Below are positions 1 through 12,229 of a DNA stretch of 64,000 bases, piece by piece. A program made the translations under genes and the position numbers. Every line of letters starts with the position of its first letter. Position 1 is the first letter of the stretch. The DNA comes from Anaeramoeba ignava BMAN (taxonomy: Eukaryota > Protista > Anaeramoebae): positions 1,054,001 through 1,118,000 of the forward strand of contig JAPDFW010000081.1 in the NCBI GenBank assembly GCA_028826165.1, written 5' to 3'. The notes beneath the pieces were generated by a model that saw nothing but the letters and a program-made list of their open reading frames with translations, made no database searches and had not been told where the DNA came from.

Positions 1-589
1 AATTTATAATTAAATTTATAATAATATTTATAATTATATTTATAATAAAATTTATAATCCATATTTATAATTAAATTTATAATTAAATTTATAATAAAAT
101 TTATAATTAAATTTATAATAAAATTTATAATTAAATTTATAATTATATTTATAATTAAATTTATAATAAAATTTATAATTAAATTTATAATAAAATATGT
201 AATTATATTTATAATTAAATTTATAATTATATTTATAATTATATTTATAATTATATTTATAATTAAATTTATAATTATATTTATAATTATATTTATAATT
301 ATATTTATAATTAAATTTATAATTATATTTATAATTATAATTTATATTTATTTATAATTATATTTATAATTATATTTATAATTATATTTATAATTATATT
401 TATAATTAAATTTATAATTATATTTATAATTATATTTATAATTATATTTATAATTAAATTTATAATTAAATTTATAATTAAATTTATAATTATATTTATA
501 ATAATATTTATATTTAAATTTATAATTATATTTGTAATTAAATTTATAATTATATTTATAATAAAATATATAATTAAATTTATAATTAG
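1..589 (+). repeat. ~12-bp ATAATTA(T/A)ATTT microsatellite filling the 3' part of an intron of the PfkB gene
   Basis: Tandem ataattatattt/ataattaaattt units ending in an AG acceptor at 588-589, directly before coding sequence. Confidence 0.85.
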
Positions 590-1433
590 CTGTTTGTTTA
601 ATTAATCCATTATGGTGTGGAGAATTTGCAGAAGAATTATTACCTTATGTTAAATCAAAAGTTGGATATTTATGTTTTGATGCTCAAGGATTTCTTCGAC
701 ATGTTAAAACTGGAGTAACTGATGAAGCAATTACTTATAAAAAATGGGAAAAAAAAGATGAATATTTAAAGTATATTGATTTACTTAAAGTTGATGTTAA
801 AGAAGCTTCTATTTTAACAGGCATTTCTGACAATTCAATTCCAGTGAAAGAATTAATTAAGAAAATTTTAACAAATAATGAAAAAACAATGATTTTATGT
901 ACTCATCAAAAAGGAATTACCTTCTATGATGGAAATGATTATTATGAATCTTCTTTTATTGAGAAATTTGATCCAAATGCAAGAACAGGTTTTTATTAAA
1001 TATTAAATATTAAAAATATTAAATATTAAATATAAAATATTAAATATAAAATATTAAATATTAAATATTAAAATTTAATAAATTATAAATATTAAATATT
1101 AAATATTAAATATTAAAAATTAAATATTAAAAATATTAAAAATATTAAATATTAAAAATATTAAAAATATTAAATATTAAATATTAAATATTAAATATAA
1201 AATATTAAATATTAAATATTAAATATAAATTAAAAATATTAAATATTAAAAATATTAAATATTAAAAATTAAAAGGAAGAGGAGATACTTGCACAAGTGC
1301 TTTTATTTCAGCTTTTTATTTAAAAGGAATGTCAAAACAAGAATCAGTTGATTTTGCTGCTAAAGTTACAAATGCAAAACTTCAAGTTATTGGTGGAATT
1401 ACAAAAGAAGTTTTTGATCAAATTAAATTTTAA
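590..1433 (+). CDS. PfkB/ribokinase-family carbohydrate kinase, 3' part (exons 590-988, 1276-1433); 5' end lies outside the window
   Basis: Not in the ORF track. Manual translation gives ..LCFDAQGFLR..LLKVDVKEASILTG..NARTG|RGDTCTSAFISA..QIKF*; GT at 989 and AG at 1274-1275 restore the PfkB TG-x-GD signature. Confidence 0.8.
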
Positions 1434-1460
1434 ATTCTAATTCAAAATTGATAAAAAATA

Positions 1461-1533
1461 TGAGGTTAACAAGATTTGAACTTGCACCTTCAATTTATTA
1501 ACTTGACGAACTTCCTTTTTATTCCATAACCTC
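1461..1533 (-). tRNA. tRNA-Ile (anticodon AAT), AT-rich and divergent
   Basis: Reverse strand folds as acceptor GAGGTTA/TAACCTC+A, D stem GAAT/GTTC with GG in the loop, anticodon arm TCAAG-TTAATAA-ATTGA, T arm GCAAG-TTCAAAT-CTTGT; 73 nt; a T6 run (Pol III terminator) follows. Confidence 0.75.
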
Positions 1534-1631
1534 AAAAAATCTTTTCAAAAAAATATTCCTTTTTCTTTCTTCATTTTTTTCATTTTTTCATTTTTTTCAT
1601 TTTTTCATTTTTTCTTTCTTCATTTTTTTAA

Positions 1632-3374
1632 ATGAATTTAAATTCTCAAAAAAAATTTAAAATTTCAACAAATATTCCTTCTAAATCAATTTTAAATTAT
1701 TTTGCTTTTTTTATAATCAAATTATCCGAAATTTGTTGGTTTATTTATTTTTCAATCTTTTCTTCATTTTATTTTGTTTCTATTTTTGAAAAATTTTTAA
1801 TTGAAAAAATTGGAAATCAACCAAAAAAATGGAAAATGTTTTTTTTCTTTTTAATAATTTCCTTATTTTTATTCCCAAAAATACAAAACGATATCAATTC
1901 AAAGAAACAAACAGAAACAAAAAGTATTAATATATTTAATTTTATTGTAGATTTTCTTGCAAATAAAATTATTGAAAAAAAAAAAAATAAAAATAAAAAA
2001 AAGATTTTGAATTGGAAAATAAAATATCAATTTTAGTTGAACAATTCATTGATAATTCAAAAGAAAAGTTTATAAGTCCATCTGAAAAGAAAGATTTAAA
2101 GCAAATTATAACTTTACTTATTCTTCAAAAAGCAAAAAATCAAAAAGAATTTTCTGGAAATTATGATTCAATGATAAAATATTTTTCTCAAGAAATTATG
2201 GAATCTATTGATGAAAAAAATAGAAATCAACAAGATTTATTTAATCAAGGAAATGTGGATGTTTTAAATTATATTGGAGTTTCAGAAAAATTGGTTGAAA
2301 AGGCTGATCAATATCAACAAAAATTGAAAAGCATTGAAGAAAGACTTGAAAAATTAACTGAGAATTTCATTTTAAATATTGAAGATAGTAATTCCAAAAA
2401 CTACGATGAAAAAGAGCTTCAAATACAGAAATTGGAAGATATTTTACAAAAAGGATTTTCAAATACAAATATAAATGAAGAAATCAATTTATCAACAAAT
2501 TCTTTTTTTGATCAAAATATTTTAAAGTAAATTTTTTTCACTTTTCATTCCAAATTAAAAAATTGGGATTTTGTGATTAAATATTATATTTAATTTATCT
2601 AGTGAATTTGCAATGAATAATCTTGACTCTTTTTCAAATGGAAATGATGAAGAAAAATATAAAATTCAAGTTATCAAGCTAATTATTCAAAACATGATTG
2701 AAAATGAAAATTTTGATTTTATCAAAAAATCTCTTTCTGGAGTTGAAGAGAAAATTACAGAAGAATTGAAGCAAATCCAAAATGGAGATGGAAATGAAGA
2801 AGGAAAATATAAAAATTATGCATCAGAAAGTTTAGGAGCCAAAATTTATGAAAAATTTACATCTGAAACCTATTTCCAAAAAAATTCAGAACATTTTTAT
2901 GAAAAATTTATTCCCAAATTAATTCAAAATTCGCATAAATATAATTCAATAATCAAAAAGCCAATTATGACACTTGAATCAGTTAATGATATAGGATATT
3001 GTTGGGCTTTTCAAGGATCAAAAGGAAATTTGACAATTGAATTTGATAAACCTATTGAGATTTCACATTTTGGGATTTATCATATTCCAAAAGATATTTC
3101 ACCAAATATTGATTCAGCACCAAAAAATTTTAGAATAATTGGTTATTCTTCAAAAGAAAATTTTGATAATTTTGTGGAATTTGGGAAATTTGAATATAAT
3201 ATCGAAAGATCTTCTTTCCAAATTTTTCCATCAGAATTTAACACAGAATTTAACACAGAATTTAACACAAAATTTAACACAAAAATTAAAATGGTTACAT
3301 TTGAAATCATTTCAAATTATGGAAACAAGGATTATACTTGTTTGTATCAAGTTTTCGTTTATGGAAACATTTAA
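1632..3374 (+). CDS. SUN-domain (Sad1/UNC-84) nuclear envelope protein; exons 1632-1923, 2004-2526, 2603-3374
   Basis: N-terminal TM segments, coiled coil, C-terminal NYASESLGA..GYCWAFQGSKG..SAPKNF..SNYGNKDYTCLYQVFVYG; both GT-AG introns join the three ORFs in frame. Confidence 0.9.
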
Positions 3375-3596
3375 AAAAGAAAAAGAAAAAGAAAAAAGAA
3401 AAAAGAAAAAGAAAAATTTTTTTTTTGGATTTTGAATTTTTTAAGTTTCTTCATCAAAAAAAGTAAAAAGTAAAAAGTAAAATCAATTCAAAAAAAAAAA
3501 AGAAAAAAAAAGAAAAAAAGAAAAGAATGTTTTTCCTGATTAAAAAAAGTAAAAAGTAAAAAGAAAAAAAAAATCATTTGGAAAATAAATTTTGAC

Positions 3597-6276
3597 TCAA
3601 TAGAAAAATCTCCACCAAACAGTCAAAAGAAAGAACAAAAGAGCCATAAAAAATTGAAATCTTTTTTTCAAATCATAAGTTCTTCTTTTTTGTAAGAAAG
3701 GTTTTTTAATTTCAGAAAAATCAACAGAAATATTCAAATCCTTATTATGAACGAGAATTTTTTCGAAAATAAAAGAGATTCCAGATTCAACTTTAGCAAT
3801 CTGAACAGGAAGAGATCCGACAATTTTGTTTGCTTTTTGATGGAAAGCAGAATGTGATTTACCGGCCAAATGTTTTGGGGATTTTGGCTTATCAACTTCT
3901 TTTTTGGAATAAAATTCGTTTCTTTTTCTGCTTTTGTTTGCAATCATTTTTTCGAGTTGTTGTTGGTATTGATTTTCTGCTCTGAAGTCATCAAAATCAG
4001 GGACGGAATGAAGGAATATCTGATTCAACTGATGGAGAATGGGAGAAAAGAAAGAACCTCTTTAAGATCGCCTTTAAACTCACCGTATTTAGTGATTTGT
4101 GGGAGGAAAAGAGTAACGAACAAGTGATTTATAGGGAGATCAAATTTAGCGAGATTAACGGAAATTTTTCCTTTTCCGCGAATGGGTTTTTGTTTGTGAA
4201 CAAGGAAGATGAGTTCGACAATAAAAGGTTTTTGTTGAGTGCTTGTTGAGCTTGTTTTTTCCAGTGGAACCATAATACATCCGTTTTTGTCCATTGCTGG
4301 TTTGACTGCTTTGCCGCTTACGGCGGTTGACCATAATTCGCAAATAGGGACATCAGTTTCTTCGTTTTTTCTCACTTGCGCAACTTCTTTGGGAAGTTCA
4401 ACCCGTAGAAATTGCCGTTGTGTGTTCTTCACTTTCAGAAGACATCTGTGCATGACTTCTCCGTTGGATGAGTAAAGTATTTTGAGATGAGCTTCGTCAA
4501 TCACAGCAATAAGAACATTTGTGTCATCGTGTTTCGTAACATCCATTAGAAGTTCATAATCAGGCGCAAGAAATTTGTATCCATACAAGATAGCCCCTTT
4601 GGATTGGCTCACTAGTTGTGCTGGAAGCTCGTCCACTGAGATTTTTGTTATGTTATTAACCTCGATGTCTTTGATCTCAACATTTGTCCGCGCTTCCACT
4701 GCGATTGAGCCTGATTCGCGGTTGATTTTCCCAACGTTTTTGAAGCATGGAAGTGCCACTTTGCAACTTGTTGATCGCATCTCAAGCTCAGTCATAAGCG
4801 TGAGATGGTATTTTCCCTCCATACCGTATTCAAGAATGACTCTGAGTTTTTTTTTGTTTTTGACTTGGGAAATGAGAGTTGAATTTTCGATTGCTTCTTT
4901 GTCGTTTTCGTCATCTTTATCTTTATCATTATCATTATTTTTATCTTTATCTTTTTCATCATTATCATTATCTTTATCTTTTTCATCATTATCTTTATCT
5001 TTATCTTTTTCATCATTATCATTATTCTTCTCTTTTTCATCATTATCATTATTTTCATTATTTTCATCTTTTTCTTTTTCATCCTTTTCATCTTCTGGAT
5101 CAATATCAATAACATTCCAATCCTTAATTGATCCACCAGTCACAGACAAAATCTTGAATTTGGGAGTCGAGTTTGTATGTGGGATCAAAATATCGAAATA
5201 GGACTTTGTTCCGTGAATAATATCAAAAGAAAACAAGGCAGTTGTGAGAACGACACCTTCGCCAATTGAATGGATTGCGTTGTGTTCAATATTCACGATG
5301 GTTTCCTTTTTGACAACCTCTTCCTGACCATCCTCGTCTGTTTCTGCCTCTACAACCTCCTCCTTGACCTTCTCGATCCAACCGAGAGAGAGGGAATTTG
5401 AAGGCGAGAATTTAGCGGTTAATTCTGTTATAACATTGCCTTTTAATTCATTTGATTCGACGGAATCTTTTTTGTCTTCTAAATTTTCTTTATCGATCTG
5501 AATATCATTATCATTATTATCATTATTATCATTATTATCATTATTATCATTATTCTGGTTGATTTCTAACGAACGACATTTCTGGGATGTTTGGATCGCT
5601 TGTTCGCAATTGATTTGAACCTCCTCTTTTGCTCTTACACGATAAACCAAGTCATTTTCTACTGAGATGGGGATTTGGAGTCTTAGAGCAGCTCCTCTTT
5701 CCGACAAATAAGGGACAAGAACTTGCAAGACAACAGAATATCTACCAAGAGTATTTGTAATCAAACTATGTCTGCCTTCGCGGACACCAATGCTTGCTGA
5801 AAAGATCTGTTCTTTTTCTTTTTCTTTTTCTTTTTCTTTTTGATCCTCTTCAAGTCGGTTAAATTCGCTTTTAACAACCGCAATTGAAGAGCTCAATAGC
5901 GGCACTGCAATCCAGCCGTTCTTTTTGGAATGGAAAGCACGCGCAGCTCAAATGTGCACGTGAACTCAGTATGCTTCTTCAGTGCGCGCCCTTCATATTT
6001 CGATTTGTCGTAAATCACTTGCACTATTGGAACGGGCGGCTCAAGTTTTCTCAGTATTTCCACTAGATTTTTGCTCTCTAGTTTCACTTCAGAACTTTCG
6101 TCAAGTTTTTCTTCTTCTTTTTCTCCGTCTTTTCCTATAATTCCTGTTATTTTTTCTATCACTTCAACTGGCAAGTCAAGTCCGTTTTGTTGTGGATTTG
6201 AATATGATTGTTGTTGTGATTTTTGTTCGAAAAAAATGTCGTTGTCTAAAAAATAATTCATTGATTGTTGCTCCAT
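3597..6276 (-). CDS. Large hypothetical protein (~890 aa) with acidic D/N/K tracts and a C-terminal TM helix, split into three ORFs by frameshifts near 5921-5928 and 3995-4050
   Basis: Three abutting ORFs with no intron-like sequence between them; adding one A to the AAAAA run gives continuous ..SIPKKNGWIAVPLLSS..; coding-like, higher GC. Confidence 0.65.
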
Positions 6277-6459
6277 TTTAATTTTAAATTAGAATTAGAA
6301 AAGAAAAAAAATGAAAAAATGAAAAATCAAAAAAAAAAGAAAAAATTAAAAAAAAAAAACAAAAACATAAACATAAGTCATTTACATTAATTTATTACTA
6401 ATAATTCTAAATTTTAATTATTTTTTTTTTCCCTTTTTCTTTTTCCATTTTTCTTTATT

Positions 6460-7140
6460 ATGTTTTCCCGTTTTTCTCCAATTTTAAATCATATTAATCA
6501 AAAAGATTTTCAATTTGTTTATGAACCTTCAGAAGATTCTTTTTTACTTTGTGAAGGAATTGAAAAAAATATTAATTTTATTAAAGAAGAAATAAAACCG
6601 ACAATTTGTTTAGAAATTGGAACAGGAACAGGTTTTGTAACATGTTTTGTAAATAAGTTGTTTGAAGAAAACAAAGTCTCATGTTTTTACATAACAACCG
6701 ACATTAACCACAAAGCAGCAAAAATAGCAAATGAGACATTTAAGCTAAATTGTGTTGAACCAAAAGAAACAATCATAACGGATTTGATTGAAGGATTTGA
6801 ATCGCGACTGAAAAACTCGATTGATCTCCTTCTATTTAATCCCCCTTATGTTCCAACTGACCCAAGTGAGAAAATTGGAATTGACCCTTTGGATCAAAAT
6901 TCCCTTCTTTCTTCTTCTTGGGCTGGTGGAAAAAATGGAATGGAAGTTACTCAAATTGTTCTTGATAAACTTGATTTTTTATTGAGTCCTAATGGTTGCT
7001 GTTTTATTGTTGCTCTCGAAGAAAATCAACCCGAAATTATTGCAAAAAATTTGTTTTTTAAAGGTTTTAGAACTGCTGTTGTAAAAAAGAAAGAAATTGA
7101 GGATGAAAAATTGTACATTTTAAAGATTTATCGCAAATAA
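6460..7140 (+). CDS. N6AMT1: HemK-family eRF1 glutamine methyltransferase (N6AMT1/Mtq2)
   Basis: VYEPSEDSFLL, LEIGTGTG (SAM binding), NPPY and WAGGKNG motifs. Confidence 0.93.
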   Translation: MFSRFSPILNHINQKDFQFVYEPSEDSFLLCEGIEKNINFIKEEIKPTICLEIGTGTGFVTCFVNKLFEENKVSCFYITTDINHKAAKIANETFKLNCVEPKETIITDLIEGFESRLKNSIDLLLFNPPYVPTDPSEKIGIDPLDQNSLLSSSWAGGKNGMEVTQIVLDKLDFLLSPNGCCFIVALEENQPEIIAKNLFFKGFRTAVVKKKEIEDEKLYILKIYRK

Positions 7141-7193
7141 ATTTTTTTATCAAAATTTTTTTTCATTTTTCATTTTTTTTCTTTTTTTTTAAA

Positions 7194-8261
7194 ATGGAAT
7201 CTAAAGATATAAATAAACATCATAGAAATGAAAATAAACATAGACATAAACATAAGAATGAAAAACAAAAAAAGCACAAACATTCAAAATCAAAATCAAA
7301 ATCAAAATCAAAAAATAAAGATAAAAATGAACACAAACACAAAAAACACAAACATTCAAAATCAAAATCAAAATCAAAATCCAAATCAAATTCAAATTTA
7401 AATTTAAATTTAAAACTTTTAAATCAAATCCCAGAAAATTTTGTTCCGATTTCAAAAGAAAACTATTTCAATAAACACGATGAATTTGCAATGTGGTTAA
7501 AACAAGAAAAAAACATATTTTTTGATGATGAAAGTAGTAAAAAAACACACAAATTATTTGAAGAATTTGTTGAAGAATGGAATTCCAGAAAATTGGATCC
7601 AATATATTATTCACAAATTGATCCATTAATACTTCGAGGACAAAGAACATCACACAAATGGAATATAAAAGAGGATCCAAAATTAAAATCAGGTGAATTT
7701 GATAATATTGTTGAGCAAGTGAAATATCAAAGTAATTTGACATGGGATGAAATTACTGGAAAAAAACCAAATACAAAAAGAAATGATGAATTCAATCGAA
7801 AAAATCGATTTGAAGAAACAAATAAAAAATTTGAATCAAACACTCAATCTAACCAAAAAAATCTTTCAGAAAGTGATAGAATTTTCGCTGAAGAAGAACA
7901 AAGAATTCAACAAAGTTATCTAAATAGAATGAATAGAAAAAAATATACTGAACAAAAAAAAGTTGAATTGGAAGAACTTGTTCCCAAAAAAACAGGAATT
8001 GAAAGAACAAGAGAACTTAAAAAAATCAAATCAGAATATACAAGAAAAAGAGAAGATAGTCCTGAATTTGATGATAATTTTATTTTTGGTCAAGATAATT
8101 TCAATTCAATGCTTCAAAAAAGAAAAGTTCAAGAAGTTGAAAGAAAAAAACAAAAGGAAGAAGATTTAGCTGCAAAAGTTTTAGAATATCAACAACAAGA
8201 AAAGGAAAAAGTTAATTCTTTACTTGAATCTCTTGGATTAAAACCTGATCATTTTAAATGA
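7194..8261 (+). CDS. Style cell-cycle inhibitor 1 (SCI1)-like nuclear protein
   Basis: K/H-rich N-terminus, then ISKENYFNKHDEFAMWLKQEK..F..FVEEWNSRKL..YY and LEELVPKKTG motifs recalled from this family. Confidence 0.65.
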   Translation: MESKDINKHHRNENKHRHKHKNEKQKKHKHSKSKSKSKSKNKDKNEHKHKKHKHSKSKSKSKSKSNSNLNLNLKLLNQIPENFVPISKENYFNKHDEFAMWLKQEKNIFFDDESSKKTHKLFEEFVEEWNSRKLDPIYYSQIDPLILRGQRTSHKWNIKEDPKLKSGEFDNIVEQVKYQSNLTWDEITGKKPNTKRNDEFNRKNRFEETNKKFESNTQSNQKNLSESDRIFAEEEQRIQQSYLNRMNRKKYTEQKKVELEELVPKKTGIERTRELKKIKSEYTRKREDSPEFDDNFIFGQDNFNSMLQKRKVQEVERKKQKEEDLAAKVLEYQQQEKEKVNSLLESLGLKPDHFK

Positions 8262-8480
8262 AAATTAAAATTGAAATTAAATTTAAAATTAAAATTAAAA
8301 TTAAAATTAAAATTAAAATCAAAATGAAAATTAAAATTAAAATTAAAATCAAAATGAAAATCAAAATTAAAATTAAAATCAAAATGAAATTTAAAATCAA
8401 AATCAAAATAAAATCAAAATTAAAATTAAAATCAAAATCAAAATCAAAATCAAAATCAAAATTAAAATTAAAATTAAAGT
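8262..8480 (+). repeat. AAAAT(T/C) hexamer microsatellite in the 3' flank
   Basis: Directly visible tandem hexamers. Confidence 0.9.
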
Positions 8481-8632
8481 GAAAAAATTATTTTTCCTTT
8501 ATTATTCTTTCTATTTTTTGTTTTAAATTTAAATTTGAATTTGAATTTAATTACAAAAAGAAAATTAAAAGAAAAGATCAATCAAAACAATTTTTCTTTT
8601 TCTTTTTCTTTCTTTCTTTCTTTTTTTTGATT

Positions 8633-11600
8633 TTACTTTTCTTTTGATGAATCAATTGTTTTTGATGAATCAATTGTTTTCAATTCAATTTCTTTTGATA
8701 ATTGAAAATCTTCCCATTCAATATTAGAATCTGATGTTATTGAAGGTTCTTCATCAGTTTCATAAATATTTTGATTAATATTTTGATTAATATTTTGATT
8801 AATATTTTGATTAATATTTTGATTTATATTTTCATTTATATTTTCATTAATATTTTGATTAATATTTTGATTAATATTTTGATTAATATCTTGATTAATA
8901 TTTTGATTAATATTTTGATTAATATTTTGATTAATATTTTGATTAATATTTTCATTATCAGTTGGCTTTTCATCTTCTAATTGTGATTCAAATTCATCAT
9001 CAAGTTGAGTATTTTCAAACATATTTTCTTTTGTTTGATTCTTATTTTCACTTTCATTCTGACTTTTGGAATTATCAATCCCTTCTTGCATAAAAATTTG
9101 TTTTAAACTCAATTCAGGATATTGTGATTTTTCCTGTTTTTTCAAAGCTTCCACAAGTTCCTTTGATTGTTCATCATTTCCCTTGTGTAATTTTGATAAT
9201 TCCTTCCATTCTAATCGTTCTTCTTTTAGATTTTCCCTTAAAACTTTTGCCACTTTAGGATGAGCCTTTGATTTCTTGTCTTTTTCGAATTGTTTATATA
9301 ATTTTAAATGGAATTTCGAAGAATCATAAATTTGATCATCTTCCAAATCTGAAACGAATTCTTTTCCAACAACAACAGCAAGAACATCGAACAATCCATT
9401 GTTTTTTTGCACAGTCCATTGCTGTTCCAATCCTTTTTTTTGGATGGATTGATCTGCGATTGAGTACATTTCATTGGCAATTTCTTTTGCTCTGTATGTC
9501 AAACTGATATATGGATCTTGTTCTGGTTTTGTTTTTGAATCGATGATTTCTAATTCATTGAAACTCACTTTATCAACAGTATCCTGATTATCATCTCCAT
9601 CGACAGAAGGAAAGAAAGTGGGCGAAGAAGTGGACTCAGAAGAAGAATTGGAAGAAAGGGATTTTGGCGCTTGCTTGTGTTTTTTTTCAATTTCGATTTG
9701 TTTGCGGTTTTTGGCCCAATCATATTGAATCACAAAACATTCAACAATAAACGCAACAACAATATTCAAAAGGAGAACAACACCGAGAATCCAGTAGACA
9801 ACAAAGAATATTCTTGACCAACCATGACTAATTGCTGAAAATCCACTTTCAATCACATACCAATTATTGACAATAAGAAGTTCGAATAAGATCACAAAAC
9901 TGCGCCCAAAATTATCGAAATTATTTGCGTAGTAATTTGCTTGGTCGTAAAGAGTTCCTTTGATTCTTGGATCGTCTTGTGATATTTTGCCAGCAAAAAG
10001 CTCCATTCCAATAATTGCGAAGGAATACATCAAGGAAAAGATGATCAGAGAATATGTTCCAAATAAAGGAGCAAGTTTCAAAACTGTTGAGAAGATGATT
10101 GAGAACTTTTCGGATTTTCCAAGAATTCGGAACAATCTTAATGTCCTCAGAAGAAGCAAAGACCTGATCAGATTGGCATCAATATTGGACACAAACGTGA
10201 CTAATATTGCTCCACATGCAAGAACCCAAACAAAAACAAAATCGAATCGGTTGATCCATTTTTGCCAATAGGAAATCCATCCAAGACTCAGTATTTTCAA
10301 TATGCACTCGATGGCAAAAAATATTGCAATTGTGAAATCAACGTATTTGAACTGGATCTTCTTCTCGGTTTTCAAAACAATCCAAATTGGATTGAAAATG
10401 ACAATCAAATCAACAAATATTTCAAATGCCTTCGAAAGAATGACTTTGCGGACAGCATTGCGGAACTTGCGGTAGAAATTCCCGCAGCATTTGGTATGGC
10501 GGATCCGTCTTTTCTTAAGATTCAGACGGAGCACATAAGGAAGACTTCTCCATTGCTTGAAGAAAAGTTTTGGATCGTTTGGATCTTGATTTGGATTCAA
10601 CGAGAAAAGAACCTCGAACAGAATATCGATTTGCGAGGGAGGGAAAGAGGGGCGCAAACCCTTCATAACATCCCAAAATGTTTCTTTGGATATGCCTTTA
10701 TTTTGCCTGTCAAGAATTTCGTATGAGGCCTCGAGCCCGATTCTTCGGAAAGTCATTTTGCGTTTGAACCAGTCTCTCATTTGGCTTCTATAAGTGTTGT
10801 AAACAACGGCAAGAATCAAATTGTAAAGGAACCACAACCCGAATATAAGATAGATAACGAACCAAAGAGAATTCCATGTGTTGGAGCGATATGCTGGCAT
10901 CATAACATCAGGGAAATTCGCAGTTGTTAATGTGACTAAAAGATGCCAATAAGAATCTGAAAAAGTTGGAAAATATTCTTTTCCTTCACTGGTGCCGTCA
11001 AAAGAAACCATCATCAAAACACTGTAAAGCGCAATGAAAATGAATATCAAGAACATAACATCCATCACAAGAACAATTGTTCTCCGGATATTGGTCAGTG
11101 CAAATCTGAGCGAGCTTATATTGTAGAACAGAAAACTTGGCCGCAAAATTCGCGACCATCTTATATAAGAACTTGTTTTTTCAAATTGAATCAATGGAAT
11201 GGCTAATAAGGCATCAATTGCGCATAAACAAGTGATAATGAATATTGTGATATTTGATGCTGAGTGAAAATAATTCTTCAGGAATTTGGAAAGTGTGAAT
11301 TGTTGGAAAAATAGAAATCCTAAAGCGATTAATTCAATTATTTGAAATGCAAATTGTGATAAATCATATGGTGTTGGTTTTTCGAAAATGGGAAGAATTA
11401 AAAGAACCAAAATTGCAATCATTGTTATTTTCTTAATATGTTTGAAATGATATCTTCGATACCATTTTAATGCTTGTTTGTCTGGTTTGTGATTTAATGG
11501 GTTATGGCCATGTAGACCATCATAAATTAAAGAAACGGCTTGAGAAACGCTTAAGCCTAAATTGAATTTTTAATTTTCAATTTTTAATTTTTAATTTTTA

Positions 11601-11651
11601 ATATTTTAATCAATTTATTTTAATATTTTCTATACGATAAATTGGATCCAT
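8633..11651 (-). CDS. TPC: Two-pore calcium channel (TPC1-like); exons 11651-11636, 11556-8633
   Basis: Two 6-TM repeats; pore motifs LTTANFPDVMMPAY and LFELLIVNNW; S4 segments RWSRILRP and LLLRTLRLFRIL; short first exon MDPIY joins in frame. Confidence 0.92.
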
Positions 11652-11789
11652 CACATAATCACAAAAAAAGGGAAAAAAAAAGGAAAAGAAAAAAAGAAAA
11701 AAATGAAAAATAATTTTGAAAGATTTTTCTAAAAAAAGAAAAATGCCAATCAAGCAAATGACTCATCTCTTTTTCAATTAATTTTTAAA

Positions 11790-12120
11790 TCAATTTTTTT
11801 ATCCGATTTTTAAATAAATTTATAAATAAATTTTTAAATAGATTTTTAAATAAATTTATAAATAAATTTTTAAATAAATTTTTAAATAAATTTTTAAATA
11901 AATTTTTAAATAAATTTTTTATCCGATTTTTAAATAAACTTTTAAATAAATTTTTCAATAAATTTGTAAATAAATTTTTAAATAAATTTTTAAATAAATT
12001 TTTAAATAAATTTGTAAATAGATTTATAAATAGATTTGTAAATAAATTTGTAAATAAATTTTTAAATAAATTTTTAAATAAATTTTTTATCCGATTTATA
12101 TATAAATTTTTAAATAGATT
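11790..12120 (+). repeat. 12-bp AAATAAATTTTT tandem repeat between the divergent TPC and ERO1 genes
   Basis: Directly visible tandem units with occasional ATCCGATTT variants. Confidence 0.85.
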
Positions 12121-12229
12121 TTGGAAAGAATGATGTAAATGTTTAAATTAATTTGAAAAAATTTTTTTTTATTTTTTGGTTTTTCATTTTTTTTTTTAAA
12201 TTTTTCCATAAAAAAGAAATTAAAAGAAC

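Noticed and set aside
1924-1950. 27-nt mini-intron in the SUN gene
   Set aside because: This acceptor keeps the frame that stops at 2036; the AG at 2002-2003 gives the continuous frame
4575-5201. 208-aa + strand ORF and other antisense ORFs over TPC, BEACH and GT61
   Set aside because: Antisense shadows of real genes with no recognisable motifs
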